From: Ruditapes philippinarum
Lineage: Eukaryota
Reading direction: 5' to 3'
Assembly (NCBI RefSeq): GCF_026571515.1
Contig: NW_026857342.1
Coordinates: 186,001-250,000 of the forward strand
Length of the DNA: 64,000 nt
Position 1 is the first letter of the stretch, and every line of letters starts with the position of its first letter. The position numbers were made by a program, and so were the translations under genes. The notes under the pieces are model-generated. The model did no database searches, was not told the DNA's origin, and worked only from the letters and a program-made list of their open reading frames with translations. Below are positions 1 to 11,965 of the stretch, one piece after another.

Positions 1-1198
1 ACTGTAACGACAGATCAAATACATTATGCCTTTAAATGAAGTTCTTCAAATGTCTTAACTTTTACAGAAAGTAATAGAAAAGATCGACAGCATGAATTAT
101 ATTATATTCTCGAAATGATGACCATCTAACATTTAGGTTATTTCAAATTGAGTAATTCCGAAGATGGAATTCACAATTGAGTGCAGTTTAATTAACTTTA
201 CAGTGTAGTTTCATTAAATTACATTTTCAACCATTTTACATTTTCCAAAAAAACAATATTAAAAGAGGAAACCATCAGTATCTTTGTACTTGCTTTGACT
301 TAAAGCTGTTTAAGACCAACAATAATTCACAAGAACTTTCACAGATACAAAACAAAACAAAAAACAAATCGCAGTGTATACATGCTCGAAGGAAGTATGC
401 TATTTATATAAAATGATTCAGTTCGTATACTTTTTCAAGTTATGTGATACAATGCTTAAATATATGAAATTGAAAAGTTTTATTTCACTTATTGTTAACT
501 ACGAGCAATACGTGTACATCGAAAGTAACGATGTAAGAGCAAATCTCTAATATTATAAAATCAATATTTGTCAATTGTACAACACATTGTTTTGAAAGGT
601 AAATACAGTATCATGTACATATACGCGTCTCCAAAAACACATTAAATAAGATATTTCTGTGCCATACACTTGACAAGATCAGTTTGTGAATGTTTTTGAC
701 AAAGGCGTTGAACACCATTCATATTCAATCATACAATGCCTTTAAACCATTTGTTTAATGTCATCAGACAAAGCTACCTAAATTGATCATTTTCTGTAAC
801 AAATAAAACTCTTTAATCTTAGTAATGGCTTAAATTAAGCGCAATGTCTTCCTAAGGCGGTAATAACTAACACAAAAACATCGATTTGTTACAAATGACC
901 GTTCCAACGAGGGAATTACCGACCAAAAGAGAAACGTTTTATGAAGATTGAAAAGTCCTTTTGAAAATGTCACTTAAAACAAAGACTTCACACTAGCTGT
1001 TCTATTTTAAGTTTCAGTCTCAATGTCTTGGCATAATAAGCATCTATCAATCTTAAATTCTACAAATATCATGTTTTGATCAGATGATTTATTGTACTTG
1101 TTTATAATTGTTTTATTGTTTTAGATATTTCAGATATGGGTCTTCTGAAACTACAGATGTTCTCAATGTTCTCTCTTCAATACGGTAACAAAATAGAA

Positions 1199-1398
1199 GG
1201 GGAGCGGTGGCCTAGTGGTTAATGTGTCTGCCTCTCAACCCTGAGATCATGGGTTCGAGCCCTACTCGGGCTACGACCATGTTTCCTCATATAACACCAG
1301 TACTGGTTGGTTCCAGGAAGCAGACTCGTAAGTGATTAATATAAGTTGCAAGATCTTATTTTGCAATCGAGCTTAAATAAATATGTTTAAACCAACAA
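1199..1398 (+). mobile_element. tRNA-derived SINE (central domain resembles bivalve Meta-type SINEs)
   Basis: Pol III A box TGGCCTAGTGG and B box GGTTCGAGCCC in a tRNA-like head, followed by a non-tRNA body (ACCAGTACTGGTTGGTTCCAGGAAGC) and an A-rich tail. Meta assignment is from memory. Confidence 0.8.
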
Positions 1399-2061
1399 AT
1401 AGATGCTAGTTTTTACCCAGCAAAGAATTTTTGATTCCTGAAACAAATATGTTTCAATGTTTATCATTATTAATTATCAGGAACACACTTCTAACAAATA
1501 GAATAATAACTAGTTTTTAAAAGCTTACTAAGTATAGAACAGTTGTAGAAAAAGTAAACATTTGTTCAAACATTTTCCCCACTTGTGATAACTTTTGCTC
1601 ATAAAATGCATCTACACAAATTTAATGAATCATTTTCAAAAAGTGTGCATCAATGTACAGTTACGAAGATAATGAAAAGAGTTTCCCAACAATAAGGTAT
1701 AACACATCCAGAAATTGTATGCATGACAATGAAACAGTTGATTTAGGGCATATTTCGCCCGAAATTGAAGTATTGTGCAACACGTCTTGGACAATCTTAA
1801 TTAAATGATTACTAGTTTGTAGTGTCATGGTTTATTCCGTAACACTTTAATTGTGGATATCATGTTTCATTTGTTGTGTAGCTTGACACTGAACCGGCAC
1901 AATTGTTAAGGTGGAAATTGCTTTTGTTATAATAAAACAATTTCTTGTGATCTTTAAAACATTTCCTTTTATTATTAGTTAATGCGTTGTTTGAAGCAAT
2001 TTAATAACGTTTATACAAACCACCCACATACGTTTGTTTTTACATTAAAATGACAAATGGT

Positions 2062-2282
2062 ACCGCCTCCGTGGTCGAGGGGTTAGAGTCGATGACTTCT
2101 AATCCAGTTACCTCTCTTGCTCGGGTTCGATCCCCGAGAGATGCTTTGGTAGTTTAGAACGGAAGAAGGTAGTCTAGTACTGGTGTAACTCTCCGGGAAC
2201 GATGGTTAGGACACTACCCGCCTATATGACTGAAATACTGTTGGAAAAAGGCGTAAAAATGAAACAAACAAACAAAACAAAA
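2062..2282 (+). mobile_element. tRNA-derived SINE with LINE-like 3' tail
   Basis: A box TGGTCGAGGGG, B box GGTTCGATCCC; tail ATATGACTGAAATACTGTTGGAAAAAGGCGTAAAA ending in (AAAC)n. Confidence 0.8.
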
Positions 2283-4781
2283 TGGCTAAAGAGCCACTAT
2301 CAATACCATTTTTATTATAAAGAAAATGTTTAAACGACTTAAGTCCTCCTTATATCACATAGCGACATGAACTAAAAGCGCGGAGGCTGCGTCATTCTAA
2401 CAGGATGACTTGGTGATACCTAAACTTCAAGATAGTTTAGGTATGAAGGAATTTCTGTTATTATACTACACATTTGAACTTAAACTTTTTAAGGGAAAGG
2501 AATTACTTGTATTTATGCAACGTATCAAGAAAATGTTAAAAATTTAGCAGTCAGAGATGGTTTGAAATGCACTTTAAAGGCGGTATTTCAAGAAGTTGTG
2601 AAGACTGCCACGTTCCTAAACTGGTCACTATAATTTTTTATCGGACCTCTTAAACTATCACCAGATAATGGTTATATGGTTCGCTGGCACTTACCAATCA
2701 CTAAACAGCATAATTTTATAATCGTATAAATCACAATTTCTTGCTGATACACATACCGTTTGATGAACAAGCCCTAACTAAAGACTAGCACATAAAAAAT
2801 TAGATAAACATATTATTGCACAAATCAAAATGTTAAATACATAAATAAATTTGTATTAATATATATTCTGTGAGACCAGAACGGACTAATAATGATTTAA
2901 TTGTATGTAAAACATAGACAAAAACAGAAATTCTCGAAACAGAATCTGTACAACCTCTGATATAAAGAAGCAAATAAATCTAGGAATCTTAATAGTCTAA
3001 TCAAAGTAAATAAAAAGGTTAAACTGTAAGCAACAGAAACAAAAAGTACGTTCCACGAAAGAACATGTATAGATAAGAGTTAATAAAAAATCGCATGCTC
3101 AGCGTTTTACCGTTTTGAAATAATTGACTTTTAAAAATAGCATTTTTAAAAAAAATTCTAATGGCCACAACCGTACACCGTACGCCGTTTTTGTTATCTC
3201 CCTTTGTTGCTCTCCAAGCAGAAGTTCGCACGCGCGAGGAATTCGAAAGTGTAAACAGTCCACGTTTTCACATATTTTTTTGCCTTTGGAGACAGAAAAA
3301 GGTAAATTATTGATGGTCTTGAACAGATAATACAATGCAGGACATGCATTTTATATAATTTTCTTTTAAATTATTTTTTTCCAAACATTTTATTTTAGAA
3401 CTCAAAGCATGTAGATGACCTTGGTTATGTCTCACGGGCTGGAGGCAGATATTTAAGATTTCTGGTGTATGTCTATCTCTGTTATGCTTATATTAACTTT
3501 GGTTTTTGTACAAACTAAGAATAATCACGCAAAGAGTGATTTTTTTGGCAAAAAATATCGTTCCGGTAAGCAAACGCTCGTTATTTTTTTTTTAACTACA
3601 GAAGCGGATACGGGTCAAAAGTACGTTTAAATCAATAAAATTATAACACATTTGTTTCGCATTTTACAGTGAAAGTTTGCATTTTTCAGTAAACTTCATC
3701 AACATTTTTAACAATTGACTAATCTTGCTGCACTTTCTTCTTATTTAAGCGTTAACAACAAAATTGAATATACATTTTTGAACTTTCATTTTACAGATAT
3801 ACCGTAACATTGACTGAATCTCTGTAGTGCTGCCTTCTGTTCTGAAAAGATGTTGATATGCAAGAGTCAACTATAAATGGAATATAATGAATAGTACGTA
3901 GATATATAATTTAACTCTGTGTGTTGAATATAAAATTTAGTTTATTCATAAGCTTAATTTTACTATAGTTACAAACATATACCTTTTAAATTACATATAT
4001 AGTAACACTGTAATTATTACAAATTATGTCAAATATGATCAACAAGTTTACATAATAAAATAACAATATTTTAATTCTTTTACAGACATGTCGCAGGCTT
4101 CGCCATTTAAAGCCGTCACATGACTGTTGCCCTATCATGGACTTGGAAATCTTGGCTTAAAAACTTATATAGACAGCATGCATAAAAAGAGTTCAATATT
4201 TTGTGAAAATAACATAAGCTAAGGTGAGTTTTTTTTAATAAGTACTCAGTATCATATATTTGTTCTTGAAAAGTATATATTGATTTTATACTTTGAGAAT
4301 TTATAAAAGGAAAAATAAGAGTTTTAGCGCAAACCTTGATTATTTTCATAAATTTTCAGGATACAAACACACAAATTTTATGAAAGCACTTTGAGCCTAA
4401 AAGAGTGATAGGTACATGATTAATTTGGATGGCATAAATTAAGTGGCAGGTAATTTTAACATGCTAATTTGTTTCAAAATTATGCCAAATTATATTTATG
4501 GTAAAATCGATATGAAACAATAGAATGATCTGGTTTGATAAATCTTTTAAAAATACTGATGAATCAAATAACTTTGATTTCCGATTCAAATTCAAATTTC
4601 AGTATCAACTATATACATTGTTTTGTACATGTAATTATATTAGTAATATTTAACATAATAACATATTTAACAGTTAAAATATAGGAATCACATGGAAATC
4701 ACACATATTTATTTATTTATTAATTTATTTTAAAGTGTAATTATTTCACTTAACCCTGATATTTTCATTATTAAACAGAAG

Positions 4782-6241
4782 ATGGATTGTCCAATTTTCA
4801 AGGAAGAGCTTGATCTAGATGACAAAAGTATCTCTGCTAAACTGAGTGAAAAAGGCTGTGTAACAATTAATGCATATGCTGAGAAAAACCAGGCTGAATG
4901 GAGAGTAATTCCTGGAGACTATATCCTTAAAGATTGTAGAAGAAATATTATACACATCCAAGAACTCTTAAAGAAATTACTGACAATAAATCCCCAGCAG
5001 AATTGCAACCTTATACTAGGTCAAATTACAAATTTGATTTTAAAACTAATTGTCTGTTTTGTGGTTCTCCTGCAAAATTAATTAAAGTTAGTGCAAATCA
5101 AAGAAAACGAAGTCGTAATGACGATGTGTATCCAGTCACAGAATTAGAATTTCAGGTGACAATTGACAATGATATCAAAAAGAGAAATTATGACAACTTG
5201 GCCCAGCAGGTATCGTATCGATATATTCAGGGAATAGATATATACACACATATATCAATTTGCATACAAATGTATATATAAAAACACACACATAAATGCA
5301 ACAAAAATAATTATAAGATTAATTAATGAGTATGTTCCCTAGGATTGCCCATTAAGCTAAAAGCTTATTTCCAATGGGATCCATTTACTGTAAAATTGTT
5401 ACACTAACTTACATAATAATAAATAAATTATAAAGAAGTTAAAATAAACGAAAATTTTCAACAATCAAGACACATTTTTCAATATATAATAAGACAAGTA
5501 CATTGTACACAAACAAAATGAAATAGGTATTTGGTAGAATTTCCAATGTGATAGATTTACCAGCAGCAGATGCTATCTATCACCAAGCATGTAGCTCCAA
5601 TTTTCGAACTGGTAGAGGAATACCTAAACGTTTTGCAGGAGAACAATTAGATGGTACTAGTCCATTTAAGAAACAAAAGATAAGTCCTAAGAGAACCACA
5701 GTTGACATTATGGAATCATTTATAAGCGTAACTAAATATATTGAGGACAATGAAGGAGTTATTCTTACCATTGGTGAACTTATCACAATGATGGAAAATC
5801 TTTGTGGTGATTGTGCATTCTCTATTCCTCATATAATAAAAGAAGCTTTTACATCATTTTGGAGATTGTATATCAATAATATCTAAAGAAGGGAAAGCCG
5901 AAAAGATTATGATGACAAAAACCGCGTCTGTTATTTTAAATGAATTTTCAGAACAACATTATGGTTTGACAGTGGAAGAAACGAAAAAGAAAATCATTAC
6001 AACCGCAGCAAAATTGATCAGATCTGACATTTGTTCAATTAAAGTGACCAGAAAGTATTATCCAACTCCATCACATGTGTCATCTATTGATGAAAATAAA
6101 AATGCTGTACCAGGTAGTATATTTGATCTTCTCTCAACTATAATTCCAGATAAACAGGAACCTCAGGTGATTTCTATTGGACAAACTATTATACAATCAT
6201 CTAGACCTAGAAGCGTGTTGATGCCTTTACAAATTTCATAG
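4782..6241 (+). pseudogene. Academ transposase N-terminal region: spliced, frameshifted, truncated
   Basis: ORF pieces 4782-5081, 5003-5209, 5527-5886, 5909-6241. A GT-AG intron at 5210-5526 joins LAQQ|VFGRISNVIDLPAADAIYHQAC. Motifs CLFCG, DLxAADAxYHxxC, AAKLIRSDI, SIGQxIIQxxRPRSxxMPLQI. No catalytic region follows. Confidence 0.75.
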
Positions 6242-6335
6242 ACAGTATAAACTTTTTGAACTTGGGGTTGCCAATGATCAAAGATATACAACATAATACA
6301 TACTTTGAAATTCAATAGATAAACTCAATAACATT

Positions 6336-6994
6336 GTAGACATCATAATTGGCAATAAACAATGCATGTTTAGTATAATTCATATATGTGGTAGACATCA
6401 TAATTGGCATTAAACAATGCAGGTTTAGAATAATTCATATGTGTGGTTGACATCATAATTGGCATTAAACAATGCATGTTTAGTATAATTCATATATGTG
6501 GTAGACATCATAATTGGCAATAAACAATGCATGTTTAGTATAATTCATATATGTGGTAGACATCATAATTGGCATTAAACAATGCATGTTTAGTATAATT
6601 AATATGTGTGGTTGACATCATAATTGGCAATAAACAATGCATGTTTAGTATAATTCATATGTGTGGTTGACATCATAACTGGCAATAAACAATGCATGTG
6701 TAGTATAATTCATATATGTGGTAAACATCATAATTGGCAATAGACAATGCATGTTTAGTATAATTCATATGTGTGGTTGACATCATAACTGGCAATAAAC
6801 AATGCATGTTTAGTATAATTCATATATGTGGTTGACATCATAATTGGCAATAAACAATGCATGTTTTGTATAATTCATATATGTGTGGTTGACATCATAA
6901 TTGGCAATAAACAATGCATGTTTTGTATAATTCATATGTGTGGTTGATATCATAATTGGCAATTAACAATGCATGTTTTGTGTAATTCATATAT
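6336..6994. repeat. 55-bp minisatellite, ~12 copies, inside the Academ element
   Basis: Unit GTAGACATCATAATTGGCAATAAACAATGCATGTTTAGTATAATTCATATATGTG; starts at 6336, 6391, 6446, 6501 etc. Confidence 0.95.
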
Positions 6995-7929
6995 GATTCA
7001 GACTTTGTTCTTGTTCTTTGTTTTTTATCATTAACCAAAACCAATAATTAATTGAATACTTTGTCATAATGTTGTATGTGCTGGTGTTTTATATGTTTTG
7101 TATCATATAATATATAAATGTAATTCATAGATTGTCTGAAATTGGATCTACATTACATTTAAATGGATTAAAATTGTTAATTTTATTCTAATTTCAATAA
7201 TGTGTGTATGACATTATAATAATGTATGTAAAGTTTGGTATATGAATTTAATAATATGTTCCAATATTTTGCGCAGGTCACATTCAGGACAGAAATTTCA
7301 TATAATTTATGTCAATTGGTATTGCCATTTGAACTATTCGACATTCACATATAAATATGTACATGTTAACATCGTTAAGATATAGGAATGAAAAAAATAA
7401 ATAATTACATTGATAACGATGATGATATTTTATTGTTTATTTGGTCACATTGAATGCAAATGCAAAGTAAAAGGTATATTTTCCATTAATTTGCTGTATC
7501 AACATTTGTATGAAATAGTGGGTGGGGTACATTATTTACCCCGTCAAAAAGTAAACAAATGCTTAAACAGCATGAAAAATGCCCACAGTAGGGCAATCAC
7601 ACATTATATTAGCGAGTTCAAACAAACAGTGAAGAATTAAAACCTTTAACAGTAATACTATAGGCCTATAGGCGTTGTAAAAGGCTTTTTTACATTATTA
7701 TTTCTCTCAAAAATCGGGATTTGGGACCTTAAATCAATGTCATTTTTCAAAAAAATGGTACGTGCGATTTTTTGCGATTTTTTTCACATCATCGTTCAAA
7801 TGTTATAGGTACTTGTTACAGAAGTTTTGTTTCTGTTGCTGATAGTTTAACCCTTTATGGAGTTTTTTCGGAGTTTGATCAGCCTATAAGTCCAGCTTCC
7901 TTAAACGACAGTCTATTACTATTCACGAA

Positions 7930-8422
7930 TTCGAAAACCTAGCTGAACGCTGTTTTCCGGTTAATTATGTACACAGCTCTGGGGAATCATCTACTAGTCT
8001 AAGAGTGTAATAATGAACTCTATGTTTTTTGGCCTTTTTCAATTAGAAGTGAAATAAAACAGTTATTTCTTTGTGAGAAAATAATTAAATATCATTGTAT
8101 GAAAAATTCCATACCAAAACTAAAGTAAATATTATACAAGTTTATGAAGAAAAGATCTCTATTTATTATGAAAGATGCCACTACGACTGTTTTAATTTTA
8201 TTGATTTTCATTTATATATAAACATTTTTGGAAAGATTTGCGATAGATATTAAAGGATTATTGATAATTTTCATGCACATCAATTATTTGCAACTTAAAC
8301 GGTAAAATAATGATAGAAAAATAGAAATATAATGTAATTGTGTTATGTACTTCATTTGGTTTCATTCCCCCAGAGCTAAATCCGTAACGTACCGGAAAAC
8401 AGTGTTTAGCTAGGTTTTCGAA
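7930..8422. repeat. 32-bp inverted repeat pair, probable MITE remnant
   Basis: TTCGAAAACCTAGCTGAACGCTGTTTTCCGGT (7930-7961) versus ACCGGAAAACAGTGTTTAGCTAGGTTTTCGAA (8391-8422), 2 mismatches; no clear TSD. Confidence 0.65.
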
Positions 8423-8590
8423 AAGTTCAATTGTTGGAGTTCTTAAAAGAAAAACGTAAACAAGATATTAAAAGATGCATGCTGTACTTCATGAATACAA
8501 AAAGCTGACGCCAGCCATTTCTACAAAACTGTCTTATTGGTATATTTAAATTTTTTTATCCTGATAACACTTTTACAAGAAAACCTTAAA

Positions 8591-8684
8591 ATAGATAAAT
8601 ACAGAATCCCTAAAGAAAGCCCAACACGGCAAAATTGAAAATGTTGCAGGCTCGGTTTGATTGAGCCTGTTCATGGACGGTACT
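8591..8684 (-). mobile_element. Structured short retroelement, family 1, 5'-truncated copy
   Basis: Near-identical to 11195-11288; shares the 3' end ...GGGATTCTGTATTTATCTAT; breaks off within stem 1. Confidence 0.8.
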
Positions 8685-9839
8685 TTAAGTCATTTGAGAA
8701 ACATCATGCAAATAAAGTTCAATTTTACAGTGTAATTCTGCATTTACAGGGAAATCATTTACACTGAAATATCAAGCACCTAGATTTATTGATATATTTA
8801 TGGCGTTCTGTGGCTAATGAATTATACATTTCGGGGCAAATAGATGTAAAGTAGCCTAATTAATTCGGCGTGAACGGTTTGACCCATTTTACAGACTTTT
8901 TTTCTTACTGTCAAACCGTTACGCCTAATTTTAACTGTCATTTTTACGCACGGAAAATCTACCGGCAACACTATCGATAGTTTGGACTGATTTTTACTGC
9001 TTAGAAAGTAACTTCAATGTCCTCTAAAAATCAATAGAATATAAATTCTTGTACTAACTTCTCCTAGAAAAAATATTAGATTGTACCTGTCTTAACGCAT
9101 ACATGCGATTTATTTCAAATTTGTACGGTCTACATTATCTTTGGCGGACATGTTATGACGTCATCGTAAAAAATCGATTCCGTGAAAGCTGGTAGTACCT
9201 GCCACTGTGTCTAGCAGGTAAGTTTGGGTAACGCAGGAAGATTAACTTGCAAAAAAATATAGGGGAAATAAATCTATTCATTTTTTGTAATAAATTTGTT
9301 CATTATTAAATACTAATGAAAAAATACCAATGTGTTTAACATAAAATGCAATGGTAGCAAATAGGCTCCGTACAAGTACTGTTGTTTAATATTTTTTAAA
9401 TGTTTTAATACATGTGCTCAACATTTATCAATAGGTGGTTTGCCTTCTTGTTTACTGCTCATGACTGCCAATGTCACTCTCGCATAAAATACTGACTTCA
9501 TTTATACATTTATATGAAAGAAATATTTATGGGAACTATTTGAATGCACATCAAATTATTCAGTATTTGTACAAATAATATTTCAAGAGTTCTTTTTCAC
9601 CGATTGCCGATAAATAATACCATATTAAACCTACTGATGAAGATTAATGTCTTCTTGACATACTTTATTAATTTACTAAAAAGGAACTTTATTGTGATCC
9701 AGCCATATGCTGTGTAACTATAAGGGAAGGGTCACATATTTTAATAGAAATATATTTTAAATAGAGGATATTAAAAAAAGGTCATTGAGAAGATAAGAAT
9801 TTTCAAATGAACAGATTAAGAGACTTGTACATGTTTAAG

Positions 9840-10243
9840 GTGTATGTCTTGTTGTTTTTACTGTTTTGGTGACACTTTTGTTTGTGTCCCTTGTTTTCTC
9901 GTCTATGGTAAGTGTCTTCCCTTTGCCCCTAGTTTTATTTCTTTATTTCGCCCCCTCCCCCTTCTTTGAATTTCCTATCCCCTTCCCATGTGCTCGTTTA
10001 CTTAGAGGCCCTATTAATCATTCATTTGTTTATTTTCTTTGATTTTGATTTCCTTGTCAGTTACCATTATTTCTTCATATGTATCATTTTAGTAAAAAGC
10101 CTGACCGTGCTCTCCCTTGCGCCCTGTCTTGTTTTTGTTTAGGATCCTCCTGGGCTCCTTGCCAATGGTTCTTGTTCGTGGGTCGTGTTGGGGTTGCGTT
10201 CATTGAATGTCACCTTTCCTTGTTCATCTTGTTTAACATATTT
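9840..10243 (+). mobile_element. PLE-like 3'-terminal fragment
   Basis: 10100-10240 is homologous to the reverse complement of 12960-13081 and shares the CCTTGTT(G/C)ATCTT 3' end with the 10785 element; pyrimidine-rich body. Boundaries approximate. Confidence 0.5.
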
Positions 10244-10600
10244 TATACATGTATACCGCACCGTAAAAAACACATAATGATTATTAATACAAGGTTCGGC
10301 AAGCAAGCAAAGAAATGTAAAGAAAATAGAAAAAACTTATCCAACCATCTCCCCGTCTTAAAACCCCCACAAAAACGCCTAAAACTGCAAAACCGAAACA
10401 TAATTACACATAAGTGCCAAAGACAGCTCTGGTAGGTGCAAGTGCTCCATTGCGCCGGTTTAAACATCACTTAAACATAATAATGTTGAAATTTTGAATC
10501 AACACCCACAGATGTGTACAAAATACGGAGGTAATCATGGAACTTTCAATGTGACACATTCGAGGTGCCGTTCAATGAAAAGCGGGCACTAGATAACATG
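10244..10600 (-). mobile_element. Fragment related to the body of structured-element family 1
   Basis: 10487-10588 aligns with 11363-11458 (GGTAATCATGGAAC.TTCAATGTGACAC...ATGAAAAGCGG) but has a different 3' part. Confidence 0.55.
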
Positions 10601-10784
10601 GAATTTTGCGACAGTCGTTCTAACAGACGACTACAGTAATTTAAACAGACTATCTGTCTTACATTGTTATGTTGTTCTACGTCTAAATTACGGTTACTTA
10701 ATTCCCACTTGCTGCGTTTTTATCATAAACCCTGTCATATCTGTGTGACAATTGCATTTTACTGAGAGCTGTAATTTCTAAAAA

Positions 10785-11965
10785 TAACAAGAATAAAGAT
10801 CAACAAGGCAAAGGCAACGTTCACAGGCCGCAGACGCCGCCCCCGGGCACACCCAAGCAGGACATCCAGAAGGCACCAAACAAGTACCTGGAGTGAACAC
10901 AAGGGCGAAAGGAGTGGGACATGTAATGTGAAATAATATAAACAAAAACAGGCCCACAAGGGAATTAAAGGGAAAAGGGCTGTACGGGTGAAAAGGTGGG
11001 GGGGGGGGGTAAAAATGGAAGAGGGGGGAGAGTGAAAATACCTACCGTCAACGACAATCCAACAAGACAGACATCACAAAACATGTAAACATCCAAAAAC
11101 AAGTAACAATACAGACAAGAAAAACACGTGAAGGAACACAAAGGGGTACCGCTTTGGAATGGTCAATGGTAGTTAAACCACTGGGGAGTTTAAAATAGAT
11201 AAATATAGAATCCCTAAAGAAAGCCCAACACGGCAAAATTGAAAATGTTGCAGGCTCGGTTTGATTGAGCCTGTTCATGGACGGTACTGGAAAGTGCAAA
11301 TTACCGTCCACGCCCCCTAGCACCGGCTTAAGCAGAATTCAACATTTAAACGTGAAATAGTAAAATTTTGAATTTAGAAACATCAGCAGATGTGTTCATA
11401 CGGCGGTAATCATGGAACCTTCAATGTGACACTTCCGTGCCATTCCATGAAAAGCGGCGTATGGTCCCCAAGTAATAAAAAGCGTGTGCCCTAAACGAGA
11501 AAACAATGGGCGGAACTAAATAAAATGGAATTTTGAAACCGGTTTTTAGCGCGCCAAACCTCACTCTTAGCCCCAATATGATCCTGAATGACACGAAAAT
11601 GTATATAAAATTAATCCCCGCCAAGTGAAATTCTAACAATGGCCATGGTTACATTAGACGAATTAAATAAAACACATACAAAATTATGTTAATATGTAGA
11701 AAAAGTTACTGCCTAATGACCATTACCAAAGTACTCAATACCTTATAGGAAGGCAGAGCAACAAGAAAATCACCTACAAGGGCCCGACGAAGCAAGGCAG
11801 AAGACGAACATTAAGACAATTCAGTCCCCAAAGGGCTTTAAGAACTGTCCATCATAGAGTCTCCCACTTGGTCCGTCAGATGTAATCAAAAGAGCAAAGC
11901 GTAGCGTCCAACTGTAAAAGGGTTGAACACCAAGCATGCGGAATGCCTTAAAATAACTTGAGAAA
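10785..11965 (-). mobile_element. Penelope-like (Naiad-type) element 3' fragment: ORF C-terminus plus 3' UTR, interrupted by a nested insertion
   Basis: Minus strand 11957-11838, corrected for two small indels, reads VILRHSACLVFNPFTVGRYALLFDYxLTDQVGDSMMDSS*, resembling the C-terminal motif I recall for Naiad PLE ORFs (ACLVxNPxxVxxYAxLFNCTxxxxxxDSM). The UTR carries the GTGAGGTTTGGCGC...AACCGGTTTAAAC...CCAGTGG...TGACCATTCCAAAGCGGTACC module. Confidence 0.65.
11195..11535 (-). mobile_element. Structured short retroelement, family 1 (longest copy), nested in the PLE UTR
   Basis: Removing 11195-11535 plus one AAA restores GTTTAAACCGGTTTTT; AAA is duplicated (11192-94, 11536-38). Full two-hairpin core at 11248-11333. 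Confidence 0.8.

Larger units (their letters stand above)
2993..7886 (+). mobile_element. Academ-superfamily DNA transposon, internally deleted (non-autonomous)
   Basis: Imperfect TIRs: left TAGTCTAATCAAA...AAAGGTTAAACTGTAAGCAACAGAAACAAAA, right (reverse complement) TAGGCTGATCAAA...AAGGGTTAAACTATCAGCAACAGAAACAAAA. 5'-TAG...CTA-3' ends; 3-bp TSD TAA (2990-2992, 7887-7889); internal Academ-like transposase remnant. Confidence 0.8.

Noticed and set aside
1199-1270. tRNA genes here and at 2062-2135
   Set aside because: No proper acceptor-stem closure, and each head continues into a SINE body and tail.
6336-6994. CRISPR-like array
   Set aside because: Contiguous 55-bp units with no unique spacers, in a eukaryotic transposon.
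11048-11323. ORFs sharing PSMNRLNQTEPATFS (also 16078-16314) as a small-protein family
   Set aside because: Translations of the structured repeat; family 2 keeps the pairing but not the peptide.
11580-11838. SECIS element in the Naiad-like 3' UTR (some Naiads encode selenoproteins)
   Set aside because: I could not find an AUGA...AA...GA kink-turn arrangement by eye; SECISearch would be needed.
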